A stretch of 64,000 bases of DNA from Mobula hypostoma (lineage: Eukaryota). Below the pieces are notes generated by a model, which saw only the letters and a list, made by a program, of their open reading frames with translations, was not told the DNA's origin and did no database searches. The translations under genes and the position numbers were made by a program. Location: NCBI RefSeq assembly GCF_963921235.1, contig NC_086108.1, positions 77,626,001 through 77,690,000 of the forward strand. Reading direction: 5' to 3'. Shown here piece after piece: positions 36,866-50,654 of the stretch (positions are counted from its first letter, which is position 1; each line of letters starts with the position of its first letter).

Positions 36866-38974
36866 TAAGCTGTCCATCGGATAGATTGGTCGTCAGATAA
36901 AAGATCATCTATGATTTCATCGGATGGCAGAGCAGGCATTAAAGGGCCAAATGTTCTACTCTTTCTTCTAGTCTTATGTAGTCAAAGTAGTTTGCTGAAT
37001 ATGGCAATTTGGGTATCCACTTCTTGTTCTGGGAAAAGATTAAGAGTAGTCAGTCTCCACCAAAGCTGGATATAGTAATGCATAGGAGTTCTCAAAAATC
37101 ACTTTAGTTCCATCAATAATGTCACCCTTTTGAAGAAGCAGTCACCACCTTAAATACATGCAGTACATTCTCATCTCATTTGTTTTCCTGTATCTTCTTC
37201 ATCAAACAAAATGAACAAAAGATTTGTTAGTACAATCTCCGGGGTCCAAAGAAGCAGTCTGATTCTTCAGTCACTTTGCACTTTCAGCAATTAGCTAAGC
37301 CTTGAGGTTGGAAGATATGTTAAACAGCAGCTGTACTAATGTTAGCAGTGTTATCCTCAGACTAGTTCAAAGAGCAAGCCATCCTGTACAGCTTTCATGA
37401 AGTATAACACCTGCTATTAGTGAGGTGTTAATACAAGCCTGAAGTGATGCCAGAATCTGTTAATGAAGTATGGCTCTCACTAATGCTGTTGCAATCATGT
37501 GAGCACATCCAGTAATAGCACAATGTTAAACCATCACCTATCCATCATCTTTGCCTGCTAAGCCTGGTATTACACATGATAGACCTTCCTTCAGCTAAAA
37601 TCATTTCTGGTCAGATCATTCACAGCTCTGCTCCACCCTTCTCTCCTTCCCACTATTCCAACCCCTACCCCACCCCCACCTTTAGCCCACCAACCTCTCA
37701 GTTCACCTACCTCTTGATCTTTTTCATTTGATAATCTTGAGCTAAGCCAGAGGCTTGAGCCTAGCCAAGGATTCCCAGGGATAATTGTTCAGCTTTAAAG
37801 TAAATCTACAGCCTTTAATTACTAGCAGTAAACTTTTAAAATTGAGACAAATAATAGATTCTTCACCACAATTAGAATGTTAAATGTTTAAAAGTGTATC
37901 ATCATGGTTTTGGGGCATTTTCTGTTAGACTGAATTCCTGAAACAGTTTGACTTGAAGACTTAACTTCAGAGTACCTTGTAACCTGGGAAAGTTCTGCTC
38001 CAGGGAATGTTAAATTGAAAGATTTATTGGTTGTGTCTCAGTTCACAAACCCAACAAAACCACTTCTGTGTCACTTAATTTGGAAAACAGAACACTTTTG
38101 AAAGCATGATGGTATTTGCTTTAAATTTTATCTAATGTCCGTGGCTCTTGTATTTCTAAATACACACCTATTCACATCTGTATGAGACAAATCCATCCTC
38201 ATCCTTGATTCTATTCACTCATCTCAAAGTGGTGTTAACTCCATTTGAAATCAAATAAAACAATTTTCATGGTAGCCAGCATTAGCAAATCTCAACAATA
38301 GGCTTTAACTATTTAACAATTTTGTATTAAATAACAGTAAATGGTGAAAGTCTGAAATAAAATGAGATGATGGAAATGCATATATATTAACATGATTTGC
38401 TAAGAAAAAATAAAATTTACTGAGCTATTTTTGGTGTGTCATAAAATATAACCATAGATTGCCGGAAGTATTCCGTAGGCCAGGGGACATTTGTGGTGAG
38501 GGGAACCAAGCTTCAGATCAATGATCCTTCATCAGAACCTACAATAATAATCAAATGAGGTTGAATATTATATACCATTCTGGTCAGACTTTGTAGTGTC
38601 TGCAGTAGAAAGTACGAAGAAAAGCCTGGCAAACTTATAGCCATGAATGGAAAAGTTTCAACACTATGGATAGATTAGATAGCCTAGTGCAGATTTTAGA
38701 GAACTTCACATGATGTGGAGTATCATCCATCTCCAATGTGGTCTTATCCTTATGATTGACTATAGAATTCTGCAATATCTTCACCCCCAGATTACTCTTT
38801 GCTAACCTCCCACTAGAATCAAATGTGTAAAGCATGTTTCTGAATTTCCTCACTAATATTTTCAAGATAATTGGTACCTTGGAAGATATCTCATCTTCGC
38901 ATCTTTGACTTGCTCAGTACACAAAATCCCCTTTGTATATTGAACCTTTTCTCTTTATTTATTTTTATCATGAG

Positions 38975-39200
38975 TGTAATGTATTTCTTTTGGACCAATG
39001 ACCACTCCTCCAGTTAGCACTATGTATTGATCCATCGTCTGCACATGTGCTGTTGCCTGCACGTGCACATTTTTCTCTCTGTCTCTCTCGCGGCAATGTG
39101 AATACACCAGTTAAAGCCATCTCCCATATATGTGCTTTTATTTAAGTGATATGTAGTTGTGCACAGACACAACAAATTGGCAATAAGTATGAACCTGAAT
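38975..39200 (+). mobile_element. Probable Gypsy-type LTR (TG...CA, ~200 bp) followed by a decayed primer-binding site
   Basis: TGTAATG at 38975, ACAACA end at 39174, then aattggcaataagtatg resembling a TGGCGACGAGG-type PBS. Confidence 0.45.
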
Positions 39201-39299
39201 GTCAGAAAATATCAGAAACTGCACTGGCAGTTAAGGCATGATTACGAGACAAAACAGCGAGAGTTAAACAGTAAAGAACGCCATCACAGACACTAACAA

Positions 39300-39915
39300 A
39301 TCAATAAATTAACGTATTGAGTACAGGAGAGGAAGTGTTATGTTGAAGTTGTATAAGACATTGGTGAGGCCTAATTTGGAGTACTGCGTACAGTTTTGGT
39401 CACCTACCTACAGAAAAGATGTAAACAAGGTTGAAAGTACAAAGGAAATCTACAAGGATGTTGGCGGGTTTGGATGACCTGAATTATAAGAAAAAATTTG
39501 AAAAGGTTAGGACTGTATTCTTTAGAACGTAGAAGATTGAGAGGAGATTTGACAGAGGTATACAAAATTATGAGGGGTATAGAAAGGGTACATGTAATTA
39601 GGCTTTTTTCATTGAGGTTGGGTGGACTACAACCAGAGGTCATGGGTTAAAGGTGAAAGGTGAGAAGTTTAAGAGAACATGAGGGGAAACTTTTTCACTC
39701 AGAGGGTTGTGAAGTGTGGAATGAGCTGCCAGCACAAGTGGTGCATGCAAGCTCAATTTCAATGTTTAAGAGAAGTTTGGATATATACATGGATAGTAAA
39801 CATCTGGACGCTATGGTCCCGATGCAGGTCTATGAGAGTAGGCAGTTTAAATGCTTTCGGCATGGATGAGGTGGGCTGAAGGACCTATTTCTGTGCTGTA
39901 TTTCTTGATGACCAT
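39300..39915 (+). mobile_element. CR1 3' portion
   Basis: LYKTLVRPNLEYCVQFWSP..RRLRGDL..FFTQRVV. Confidence 0.9.
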
Positions 39916-40137
39916 GGCTTTTCTTTCCAAATTCAGCTGAACATTTTGAGCTTCTTTACATCAGCATTTCTGCAGAAACATATGTGGTATACCATCATGA
40001 AGCACTTCAAGAGGCTGGATGTTAAATCCAACCTTTCAGACAACCTTAACCCACTGTAATTATATTCACCGCCTAGTGGGTCTACAGTGGATGCTTCCTC
40101 CTTGGCTCTGCATTCCGTCTCTGGAGCATTTACATTT

Positions 40138-40362
40138 GTTTTATTTATTTAACGATATAGCATGTAACAGGCCCTTCTGGCTCAACGAGTCCACGCTGCC
40201 CAATTAGACTCACGTGACCAACTAACCTACTAACATTTGCAATGTGTGAGGATACCATAGCGCCTGGAGGAAGATGACGTGATCACAGGGAGAACGTGCA
40301 AGATGGTAGCAGAATTGAACCCTGTTAGCTGGTGCTGTAATAACATTACACTAACCACCACT
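40138..40362 (-). mobile_element. V-SINE, decayed
   Basis: acaggcccttctggctcaacgag..cacagggagaacgtgcaa..gaattgaaccc. Confidence 0.6.
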
Positions 40363-40374
40363 GACCATTACTGT

Positions 40375-41218
40375 AATTCCAAGCAAACTACTACTTAACC
40401 TCTTAAACCTGGGGCTCAACACCACCTTTTGCAACAGGATCCTTGACTTCCTGACCAACAGACCACAATGATTAGGGTAGGCAGCAACAATTCCATCGCG
40501 ATTATTCTCAGTACTGGCACCCAAAATACTGCATCCTCAGCACTTTACCCTACTCCCTGTACACTCACAATTGCATGTCTAGGTACTGTTCTAACTCCAT
40601 CTGTAGATGATACCACCGTAGTGGGCCATATCTCAAATAATGATTAGTCGGAATACAGAAAGGAGATAAAGGGCCTATTGACATGGTTCCCTTAATGTTA
40701 GCAAAACAAAAGAGAAGGGCAGTGCACTTGCTCCTGTCTACATCAATGATGCTGGGGTAGAGCGGGTTGAGAGGATTAAGTTCCTAGGAGTCAACATGAC
40801 CAGTAGCCTGTCCAGGTTCAACCATGTTGATGCCACAATCAAGTCGACTCACCAGTGCTTCCACTTCCTCTGCATGCTAAAGAAATTTTGCATCTTCTTT
40901 TTGAACCTCACCAATCTTTATTGATGCACCATAGAAAGCATCCCATTGGGATGCTTCACAGTTTTGTATGGCAACTGTTCTGCCAGTGGCTGCAAAAAAA
41001 TGACAGAAAGTTGTGGCCACAGCTCAGCACGTTATGGAATCTAGCCTCACTTCCATGGAATCTGCCTATACTTTGCGCTACATCAGTAAAACAGCCAAAA
41101 TAATCAAAGATTCCACACTCCCCAGACATTCTTCCTTTTCCTCCCATTGGGCAGGAAATACAAAAGCCTGAGTGCTCCTACAAAAGGCTGCAGGACAGCT
41201 TCTATCCAGCTGTTATAA
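40375..41218 (+). mobile_element. Rex1 RT fragment, decayed
   Basis: ILDFLTNRPQ, DDTTVVG, KFLGV, LPLGRKYKSL remnants. Confidence 0.82.
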
Positions 41219-41219
41219 G

Positions 41220-41430
41220 GAGGGAGGAAAAGATGGCGGCGCGACGCAGTGCGCACGGCCGTTCTGAATGATATCGTATCTGTGAAGTAGGATGCCGTGC
41301 ACAATCCTGATTTGATAGAGACAGACGTGAAGATGCACGGAGGAACATCTGGAGAAACATCTGAAATGCCTGCTTCACTGCCGCTGCTACTGTGCGATCG
41401 AGAATCTCCGGATGAGAAGACTCCAAATTT
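41220..41430 (+). mobile_element. CpG-rich retroposon 5' end with YY1-type motif
   Basis: AAGATGGCGGC at 41230-41240 followed by dense CpGs, abruptly ending the preceding Rex1. Confidence 0.5.
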
Positions 41431-41526
41431 TCAAACATTTTGTGAAGTTCTCAGATCTTCCTACTCTGTGGATATTGTAACGGCATTACTCTGATTGCAC
41501 AAAACAAAAAAAAAATCGGAGCCCTT

Positions 41527-41750
41527 ATAGATAGATAGATAGATAGATATACTTCATTAATCCCGAGGGAAATTTGGTTTCGTTACAGCCGCACCAACCA
41601 AGAATAGAGCGTAAATATAGCGATACAAAAACCACAAACAATCAACAACAAAATGCATACTATGCCAGATGGAAAATAAGTCCAGGACCAGTCTATTGGC
41701 TCAGGGTGTCTGACCCTCCACGGGAGGAGCTGCACATTCGTTGTAGCCAT
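41527..41750 (-). mobile_element. Rex1-type 3' end with (CTAT)n tail
   Basis: (ATAG)n at 41527-41550 then acttcattaatcccgagggaaatt. Confidence 0.7.
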
Positions 41751-42199
41751 GGTTCCCTGCAATACTGTAGGTGAAATTTTACCTCAGGTAGTTTTGCAAC
41801 AACTAAGCTAACACTGCTTTAAGGATATTCATTGCCCAGTGTACTGAATTTAACTGCCTGAACATAATCATGAGACACGTCCAGTTTAGAGAAGACCTTT
41901 ACCCTATAGACACATTACCCACTGCTCTTTTAGATGTCACTTGGTGCATGATGCCTTTTAATGCCTACATTTGAATTCATAAACATGTCTTTCACTGTGT
42001 TTCAGAAACTTCTTAACACATGGACTATATTCATGTTAAATATAATACATCCTTATTTTTAAGCTAATTTTCTTCAGCAGGTTTGTTCTGAAGACAAAAG
42101 CAACCTCAGTAATCAGTGGCCTTGCTTTTTGCAAGAATATTGTATTTATGCTAGTACTTTCAGGGTCTCACCAAAACATACTCTCAGTTTTACTCTACA

Positions 42200-42370
42200 T
42201 CCAAAAAGTACTGGAGGAACTCAGCAGGTCAGGCAGCATCTACGGAGAGGAATAAGGGCCCAAAACATTGGCTCTTTATTTCTCTGCATAACTGCTACCA
42301 GACTGCTGAGTTTCTTCAGCATTTTGTAGGAGTTACTTTCAATTTCCAGATCTGCAAAATCTGTTGTGTT
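42200..42370. mobile_element. Decayed palindromic Penelope-derived unit
   Basis: ctggaggaactcagcaggtcaggcagcatc ... gactgctgagtttcttcagcattttg. Confidence 0.6.
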
Positions 42371-43199
42371 CTCAGTTTTACGCTGCTCTTTCTTAATGAC
42401 ACCTGACTGACATTCTAATCATACCTATCCCTTCCATGACAGAGCAGTCTATGGTTGTTTCAACACACATATCAAAGCCTTGTTTTGGTATTTTCTTTCT
42501 AATTTTGAAACTGCTGCTATCTACATCACTGTGGGTTTTATACTATTTGAAATACCCTTCTTGCATTACTGATGTTATGTAAATCCCACTTCAGATGTAG
42601 GCAATGCTTGACTGCCAGTTCGTTTTAGCCTTGCATGCTGAAGTTATGCACATTTGCTTACTATAGTAAAGTAACCAGTTGCTCAGAGCTGCCACATCTG
42701 TGTTGAATGATTTCTATTACAGTATTGGCTGGGTGTCCTGCTACTCCTTCATTTCACATGACTCATGATCGTATGAACTAAAATAGATGCTGAAGATCCC
42801 AACTTGTATCTACCTGCCATCGGTCAGTATAGCATTTTTCAATGCCAGACAAAATTCCTTTACATTTTAGAGATCACTTAAATGGATGTAGTTACTTCGC
42901 ATGACAATTGAAGCTATAAATTTGGAATATTTGATATTTTGGACTGTAAATCTTCATCCAATAATATACACTGAAACCCAGTGTGCAGTTTGCAATCTAC
43001 AGATGCAGCACAATTTCAATGCAGTAACATATTGTTTAGAATGAAAGTCTAGTCCCTAATCCTCTTTTCTGATCTCAAGCTTGTAAACCTTCCTCAATTT
43101 TTAATGCAGGACTGAAATTACTTTACTGTTTTTCTGTTATTTTATAAAATGGGACATTTATTGTAACTTCTGTCATTATCATATAAATATATTGCCTAA

Positions 43200-43592
43200 T
43201 TGAAATCATGGGGTCTTCCGGGGCTGAGGGAGATCGTGAAGGTGCCCCCATATTTTGACAGTCAAAGCAAGCATAAAAGATATTGAGCTCATGTGGGAGC
43301 GAAACCCTGTCGTCACCTATGTTGCCTGGTTTCTCTTTGGAGGAGGTGATAGCATTCAAACCCTGCCATAGCTGTCCAGCATCCTTCAGTAATTCAAGTT
43401 TGGTCCAGAATTGCTTCTTCTCATGTGAGAAGGTTTTATGGAGTTTGTATCTGCTCCTTTTGTATTTTCCTTGGTCGCCAAACCTGAACACCATTGATCC
43501 GGCCCTCAGCAGACTGCAGATCTCCTGGTTCATCCAGAGCTTCTGGTCGGGAAAAGCTCTGAATGATTTTGTGGGGACACACTCATCCACAA
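43200..43592 (-). mobile_element. Rex1 ORF fragment (region upstream of RT)
   Basis: DECVPTKSFRAFPDQKLWMNQEI..LWQGLNAIT..LPHELNIFYACFD. Confidence 0.82.
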
Positions 43593-44319
43593 CTTATGAA
43601 GTCCATTTCTTACTGTGTGTTGGTATCGGAACCATAATTTGCCATGATCTGCTCATGTTCCCTTTACTGTATTGCTGTGTAGTCTCCCCACATCCCTAAT
43701 GTAAATATTGCAGATTCCAGAGACAGGAATCACAACCGATTTGTTACTCAAACAAATTATGTGTAGTTTATTTAACGGTACTTCAGACTGACTATGGATC
43801 TTTCAAAAATGCTAAGAGTTAGGGAAGGACATAAAAGAGAAGGGTGGCTAATTGGTGTTCAGACATGGAATTCTGGTGGTCTAGATGGAGCCCATCCTTG
43901 TGACAAATGGAGATATGGGAGCTATAAACTTAAAGTGGAATTGAAGAGGACAGTGTTTTGCAGACACAGTAATCCAGTGTGAATCTTTTGATGGAAGGGA
44001 ATTGTTGAGAAGCTAATGAAATTTCTGGCAATGCTGAAGATGATTGTTTCCATTGCTTAATTACATAGACTGATGCAGGTTCTTTGGCTCATTGTTCCTA
44101 TGCAAAATTAGAGTTGGTGTGGGAACAGGGAATTTATTCATTTGAATAGAAAGGAATTGCAGTGAGGGCAAAGGGTAAGTATAAGTCAATCTGTCTTTTT
44201 TGATTCATCTGAGTTAATTTTAATGTACTTTAAGTTTCTGGTGGATTTAAGTGTTTTACTTTTACTATTTAAAAACTTTATTTTAATGCAGTGTTTAATT
44301 TCAAATAGTTTTGATTATG

Positions 44320-45710
44320 ACTCTCAGTTCACAATCTCAGAGATCTTAAGGTAAAAGAAACCTTAAGGGAAAGTGATGATAATATGATTGAATTCACCCT
44401 GAAATTTAAGGAGAAGCTAAAATCAGATGTATCAGTATTACAGTGGAGTATAGGGAATTACAGAGGCATGAAAGAGAAGTTGGCCAGCACTGACTGGAAA
44501 AGAATACTGGTGGGGATGACGGCAGAGAAGCAATAGCTGGAATTTCTGAAAGCAGTTCAGAAGGCACAGGATAAAGAGTAAGAAGTATTCTGATGGAAAA
44601 ATAACACAACCATGGCTAACAAGAGAAGTCAAAGCCAACGTATAAGCCAAAGAGAGGGCATATAATAGAGCAAAAATTAGTTGGAAGTTGAAGGATTGGG
44701 AAGCTTTTAAAAATCAACAGAGGGCAACTAAAGAAGTTGTTAAGAGGGTAGAAATGGAATACAAAAGTAAGCTAGCCAATAAAATTAAAAGAGGATACCA
44801 AAAGTGTCTTCAGGTACATAAAATGTAAAAGAGAGGCAAGTGTGGATATCAGATCACTGGAGATTGATGCTGGACAGGTAGTAATGGGGGGTGGGGGAAG
44901 GCAATGAAACAGCAGGTGAACAGAATAAATATTTTTGTATCAGTCTTTACTATGGAAGTTCCAGGTGTCAGGGGGCATGAAGTGAGTGAAGTTACCATAA
45001 CTAGAGAGAAGGTTCTTGGGAAACTGAAAAGTCTGAAGGTAGGTAAGTCACATGGACTGGATGGTGTACACCCTAGGGTTCTGAAAGAGGTGGCTGAAGA
45101 GCTCCTGGAGGCATTAGTAATGATATTTCAAGAATCACTAGATTCTGTAATGGTTCTGGAAGAGTGGAAAATTGCAAATGTCACTCCACTCTTCAAGAAG
45201 GGGGAGAGGCAGAAGAAAGGAAACTATAGGCCAGTTGGTCTGACTTCAGTGGTTGGGAAGATGTTGGAGTTGATTATTAAGGATGAGGTTTCAGGGTACT
45301 TGGAGGTACATGATAAAATAGGCCATAGTCAGTATGGTTTCCTCAAGGGAAAATCTTGCTTGACAAATCTGTTGGGATTCTTTGAAGAAATGTCAAACAG
45401 GATAGACAAAGGAGAATCACTTGATGTTGTGTATTTGGATTTTTAGAAGGCTTTTGACAAGGTGCCACACATGAGGCTGCTTAACAAGCTACGAGCCCAT
45501 GGTATTACAGGAAAGATTCTAGCATGGAAAAAGCAGTGGCTGATTGGCAGGAGGTAAAGAGTGGGAATAAAGGGAGCCTTTTCTGAGTGGCTGCCAGTGA
45601 CTAGTGGTGTTCCATAGGGGTCTGTGTTGGGACTGATCCTTTTACGTTATATGACTAAAATTTGGATGATGGAATTGATGGTTTTCTTGCAAAGTTTGCA
45701 GATGAAGCAA
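44320..45710 (+). mobile_element. CR1 ORF2 internal fragment (EN end to RT)
   Basis: PLFKKGERQKKGNYRPVGLTSVVGK, GKSCLTNLL, DVVYLDF*KAFDKVPH, KFAD. Confidence 0.92.
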
Positions 45711-46002
45711 TTCCCCAATTTACGATGGGTTTCCCCAATGTAGAGGAGGATGCATCTGGAGCACCAGACACAACAGATTCATCTGGAAGAAATGTTTGGG
45801 ACCCTGACTGGAGGTGAGGGAGGATAAGTTTGTATACAGTTCCTTTTTGACCTCGAGTATTTTGAAGTGGCCTACAGGCAACGAAGCACATGTGAAGTGT
45901 AGACATGGTTGTAATTTCTGAAATTCTAGGAATCTAACCCATCAAAGATGAAGGAATGGTAATTTATTTCCAAGTGTGTGACTCAGAGGAAATCTTGGAA
46001 AT

Positions 46003-47492
46003 AGTTAGATTTTAGATTAGATTAGATTCAACTTTATTGTCATTGTGCCGAGTACAGATACAAAGCCAGTGAAATACCATTAGCATCTAACCAGAAATGC
46101 AAAGAATAGTGTTATTTACAAAATAACTGCGAATAAAAAGTAAGTGCTACAGTACACAAATATAAAAGTACTGAGACAGTACAATATGGATGCAATACTG
46201 CTTAGCGCTGTGATGTGAGGTTCAGCAGGGTCACAGCCTCAGGGCAGAAGCTCTTCCTGTGCCTGCTGGGTCAGGAGCGGAGGCTCCTGTAGCGCCTACT
46301 GGATGGGAGGAGAGTAAAAAGTCTATGGTTAGGGTGAGATGCATTCTTGATAATGCTTTTCTTCCTGCTCAGGCAGCGTTTATGGTAGACTTTCTCAATG
46401 GTGGGCAATTGGGTGCGATAATCCGCTGGGCAGTTTTTACCACAGGCTGGAGTGCTTTGCGGTTCGATACGGGACAATTGCCATACCACACTGAGATGCA
46501 GTTGGTGAGTATGCTCTCAATGGTACAGTAGGTAAAGGTCCGTCAGTATCCTGGACCAGAGGTGAGCTTCCTTGATGCTCCGCAGGAAATAAAGGCGCTG
46601 TTGCACCTTTTTGATCGGGATGGAGGAGTTCAGGGACCAGGTGAGATCCTCGGAAATGTGGACACCAAGGAATTTGAAGCTTGATACATGCTCCACTACA
46701 GCTCCGTTGATGTAGATGGGGATGTGGGTGTAGCTCCTAGCATGCCTGAAGTCCACAATGATCTCCTTGGTCTTCTGGATGTTAAGGCCAGGTTGTTGTC
46801 GGCACACCATGCGGCCAGGTGCTGGACCTCATCCCTGTAAGCCCTCTTGTCATCCCCTCTGATCAGGCCAACCACCCTGGCGTCATCTGCGAACTTGATT
46901 ATGGAGTTAGAACCATGTACAGGAAAGCAGTCATAGGTGAAAAGGGAGTACAGAAGAGGGCTCAGCACACAACCTTGAGGCACGCCAGTGTTCAGGGTGA
47001 GAGTGGAGGAGAAGAGGTAGTCTAAATCAACTCATTGGGGCCTGTTAATCAGGAAGTCCAAGGTCCAATTGCAGAGGGATGAGCTGATACCAAGCTGGCG
47101 AAGTTTGGTGATCAGCTTGGAGAGGATCACAGTACTGAATGCCAAACTAAAGTCAATGAACAGTATTCTGACGTAAGAGTTGGGGCTGTCCAGGTGGGTC
47201 AGGGCAGAATGAAGTGCCGTGGAGATGGCGTCCTCTGTTGACCTGTTGGTGCGACAGACAAATTGATGGTGGTCCAGGGTAGTGGGCAGACAGGATTTCA
47301 GATGTGATAGAACCAGTCTCTCAAAGCACTTTGCAATGATGGGGGTGAGTGCAACTGGGCAGAAGTCATTCAGGCCCGTGGCAGTGGAATACTTCAGCAC
47401 TGACATGATGGTGGCGATCTTGAAGCTTGTGGGGACAACTGCCTGGGCCAGGAACAGATTAAAAATGTCTGTGAAGACCCCGGCCAACTGAT
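46003..47492 (-). mobile_element. Rex1/Babar LINE, 5'-truncated, relatively well preserved RT
   Basis: [46 protein letters not shown]; tail (AATCT)n at ~46003-46030. Confidence 0.93.
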
Positions 47493-48959
47493 CATGCTGT
47501 TGTGAGCTGATGTAGCTGCTATTCTGTTCCTTCAGGCAGTAGAGGTCTATAAGTTTGGAAGGTAAGATCAAAAAAGTTTTGATGAAATTGTCAATTTTGT
47601 AGATTGCATCACAGTATTGTGGTTGAGGTAAGATGTGAACTGAATGTCAGTCAGTTCTCTGATTTGTCTTAAATAGTATTCAGTGAGCATTGATAGACCT
47701 GGGTATTCTATTATATTCCTGTCTTGTACCTTCCAGATGAGGAAAGCTTTAGAGAGTCAGAAGACGTCTCGCTTACCACAGCTTCTGAATTACTCTTCCA
47801 GACATGAAAGTCACTGATGATTGCAACTGAAGATGGCTGGACCCAAGGCCTTTTCCTGAACATTTCCTACAACATTGTCTTGGGGTTAGGATAGTTGGCT
47901 TCAATAGGATCTTTCTTCATAAGGAGAATAATTCTATCCAGAAAAGAAATACCCCTCCTGATTTTTATCAACTTCATTTTTTCTAAGGTTCTTTCATGCT
48001 ACACTCAATCAAATATTGTCAGGTGCATTTAAAGAGTAAACTTCTGGTATTTAACTCTTTTGTCCTTGCTAGAGCAAAGGCTTTAATGGGGTCTGAATCC
48101 AAGTAGATTATTGATAAGTGCAGCTGTGGAACTCTTTACTGATACCTTAGATGAAACGAATGTAATAAATAGCTGGATAGCATTTGCCCAGATTTTTGTA
48201 AAAACTTAGCTTTATAATCGTAAAAATATGACTTTAATTCCCATCACGAAGCTTCAGATTTAGTTAGAATAAAGTAAAATTAACCATGAAATTGTTGGAC
48301 AAATCTCCTGAAGGAAAGAAAACTGATCTATATCCTGCCTGTAGTCAACTCTTAGCTGCCCTCAAGTGGTTCAGCAGTCTATTCGGTTGAATCAGACCTT
48401 GCATCAAGTAGACAGCAGTGGCTTAAGGAGATTCGCTGGACAATCAATTCTCAGCAATGGAAATGCACAGATCCCAGCGATGAACACTGCATAAAAGATT
48501 CTGATTACAAAAATGAAAATTGGCGGTAACTGTTAGATAGAAGAGCAAGTGAGTGACAGATGCCTGCAACACATAACAATATCACTGAAAGGAGAGCTAT
48601 GTCTCCATTGAAATAGGGAGTTATACAACAAGGGGAAGCTGTGATGACTGCACTGGGATTTTAGTAAGTTTCTTGCTTTCTTTCAAGAAAGAAATTTTTG
48701 TTAATTGAGTAACAGGAAATAATTTTGACTTCATGTAATGCAGATAATTGCATATTGGCAGTAGGGTTTACAGAGGGAAAGGAAAACTGAGAGTGACGCA
48801 AATCAGGCTATTTATCCCTATCACTTGACTTATGCAAAAACACTAAGTTTGCATTAGCTCCCTAGTCCACTTTAAATTAATTGCTTTTGGAAAGCATAAT
48901 TATAGAAGAGAAGTCAAAGTTTAAACAAAAATGGTCTGTAATAAATTTAGAGAGAATGC

Positions 48960-49350
48960 TAGAAATCAGTCAGAGCAACGACAAAGAATTCTTTGCTTAT
49001 GTTCAGAGTCAAAGGTCAATTAGAGATGATCACAGGATAACTTGGGGAAAGTTATAAATGACGTAAGCTATTGGTACCTGTTTTCATAATTGTGAAGATC
49101 TGATCTGTCCCTTGCCTCGAAGCTTGAATTAAAAACCAGAGTCTGTTTGCAGGTCACAGGGGAAAAGTTGCTGCTAAACTAAAAAGGCTGAAGCTAGGAA
49201 AGGTGACAGTGCCAGACAATTTATACTCAGGTGCCGAAGAAAATAATGAAGGCAGTAAAGGTTCCTTGACATTTATTTAATTATTTACTGAGAGCAGGAC
49301 ATTTAGGAAGAAATCATATGGGCCCTCTTAACGTCAAATGTAGGAAAATC
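48960..49350 (+). mobile_element. Highly decayed CR1-like fragment
   Basis: KEFFAYVQS, KLKRLKLGK..PDNLY remnants. Confidence 0.45.
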
Positions 49351-50058
49351 TATAGGCCCTCATTTCTAACCCAAAAAAGATAATTTATAAATAAGTATAT
49401 AGGATATATAAGGATTTTAGTTATTTCACTGCTATTTCAAAAGACTACCGTCGTGCTTGACAATACAGTGAATGGGGGATTTGTACAATATGTTAGTAAT
49501 TAGCTACACGTCATATATGGCTAAATGAAAATCCAATTGGTATTAACTATGCTTATTTGATTAAAAATAAAATCAAAGACATGGTCATTATCACTTGACA
49601 TGTGATCTCAATGCTTATTTTCAGAGGAGATATTTGCATACTTCAGTCTTTTCAAGAATTAAAAATGGCAAAACAGAATGCAGTGTGAGAACTTGAGGAG
49701 CCAAACAAATGGTAGCTATTTCAGATCATGTTTTGCTAAGTTCCTCCTGCAAATTGTCTTATTACTAAGGTACTCTTATGTCTGCAGCATGAGAATATTG
49801 TTTTTTGATTGTGGTTTGTGCCTTATTAGCTATCTATTAAAGTAGTGTGCAACATAATTGAAAACAGGAAACCTAAATATTATTGAAACACTAGCAGCAA
49901 TTTATGAAGAGAGAAATTGGAATCATTGGCAGCTCAAGCAAGCATAAACAGTTTCAGTAAAGAAACTCTTAGCATGGGGGCAAGAATATACAATCATATT
50001 CTAGATGCATGGAGCGGGAAGACAATAAAATGACATTTCGTTTTCTCTGATGAACAAT

Positions 50059-50532
50059 ATACACTCACTGGCCACTTTATAAGGTACCTCCTGTACCTAA
50101 TAAAGTGGCCACTGAGTGTATGTTCATTACTTTCTGCAGCTGTAGCCCATTCACTTCAAGGTTCAATATGTTGTGCGTTCAAAGATGTTCGCCTGCACAC
50201 CATTGTTATAATGTGATTATTTGAGTTACTATTGCTCTCCTGTCACCTTGAACCAGTCTGGCCATTCTCCTCTGACTTCTCACTAACAAGGTGTTTTCAC
50301 CCACAGAAGTGCTGCTCATTGGGTGTTTCTTTTACAATTCTCTGTAAACTCTTGAGGCTGTTGTACCTGAAAATCTGAAGAGATCAGCAATTTCTGAGAT
50401 ACTCAAACCACCCTGACTGGCAGCAACAATCATTCCACAGTCAAAGTCACTTAGATCACATTTCTTCTCCATTCAGATATTTGCATTAACCAACAGGTAT
50501 ACAGGTGTACCTAATAATGTGACCACAGTGCA
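50059..50532. mobile_element. Tc1/mariner-like non-autonomous DNA transposon (MITE) with an extra internal TIR
   Basis: TA-CACTCACTGGCCACTTTATAAGGTAC at left; complementary GTACCTAATAAAGTGGCCACTGAGTG-TA at 50093-50120 and decayed copy at 50507-50532. Confidence 0.78.
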
Positions 50533-50654
50533 TCTTCCATTAAAAAGGAAAGTGTGAGTTTTAAACATAACCAGATTAAAAATATCTAATAGATTATTGG
50601 TTGTGACCTCACTAGTGTTGTGGACAAATTGGCTGGTATTTTTTTCCCTGATAA

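Noticed and set aside
37140..37240. Minus-strand TACTAAC branch point with possible exon RYRKTNEMRMYCMYLR
   Set aside because: Weak AAG acceptor and ambiguous donor; not supportable without transcripts
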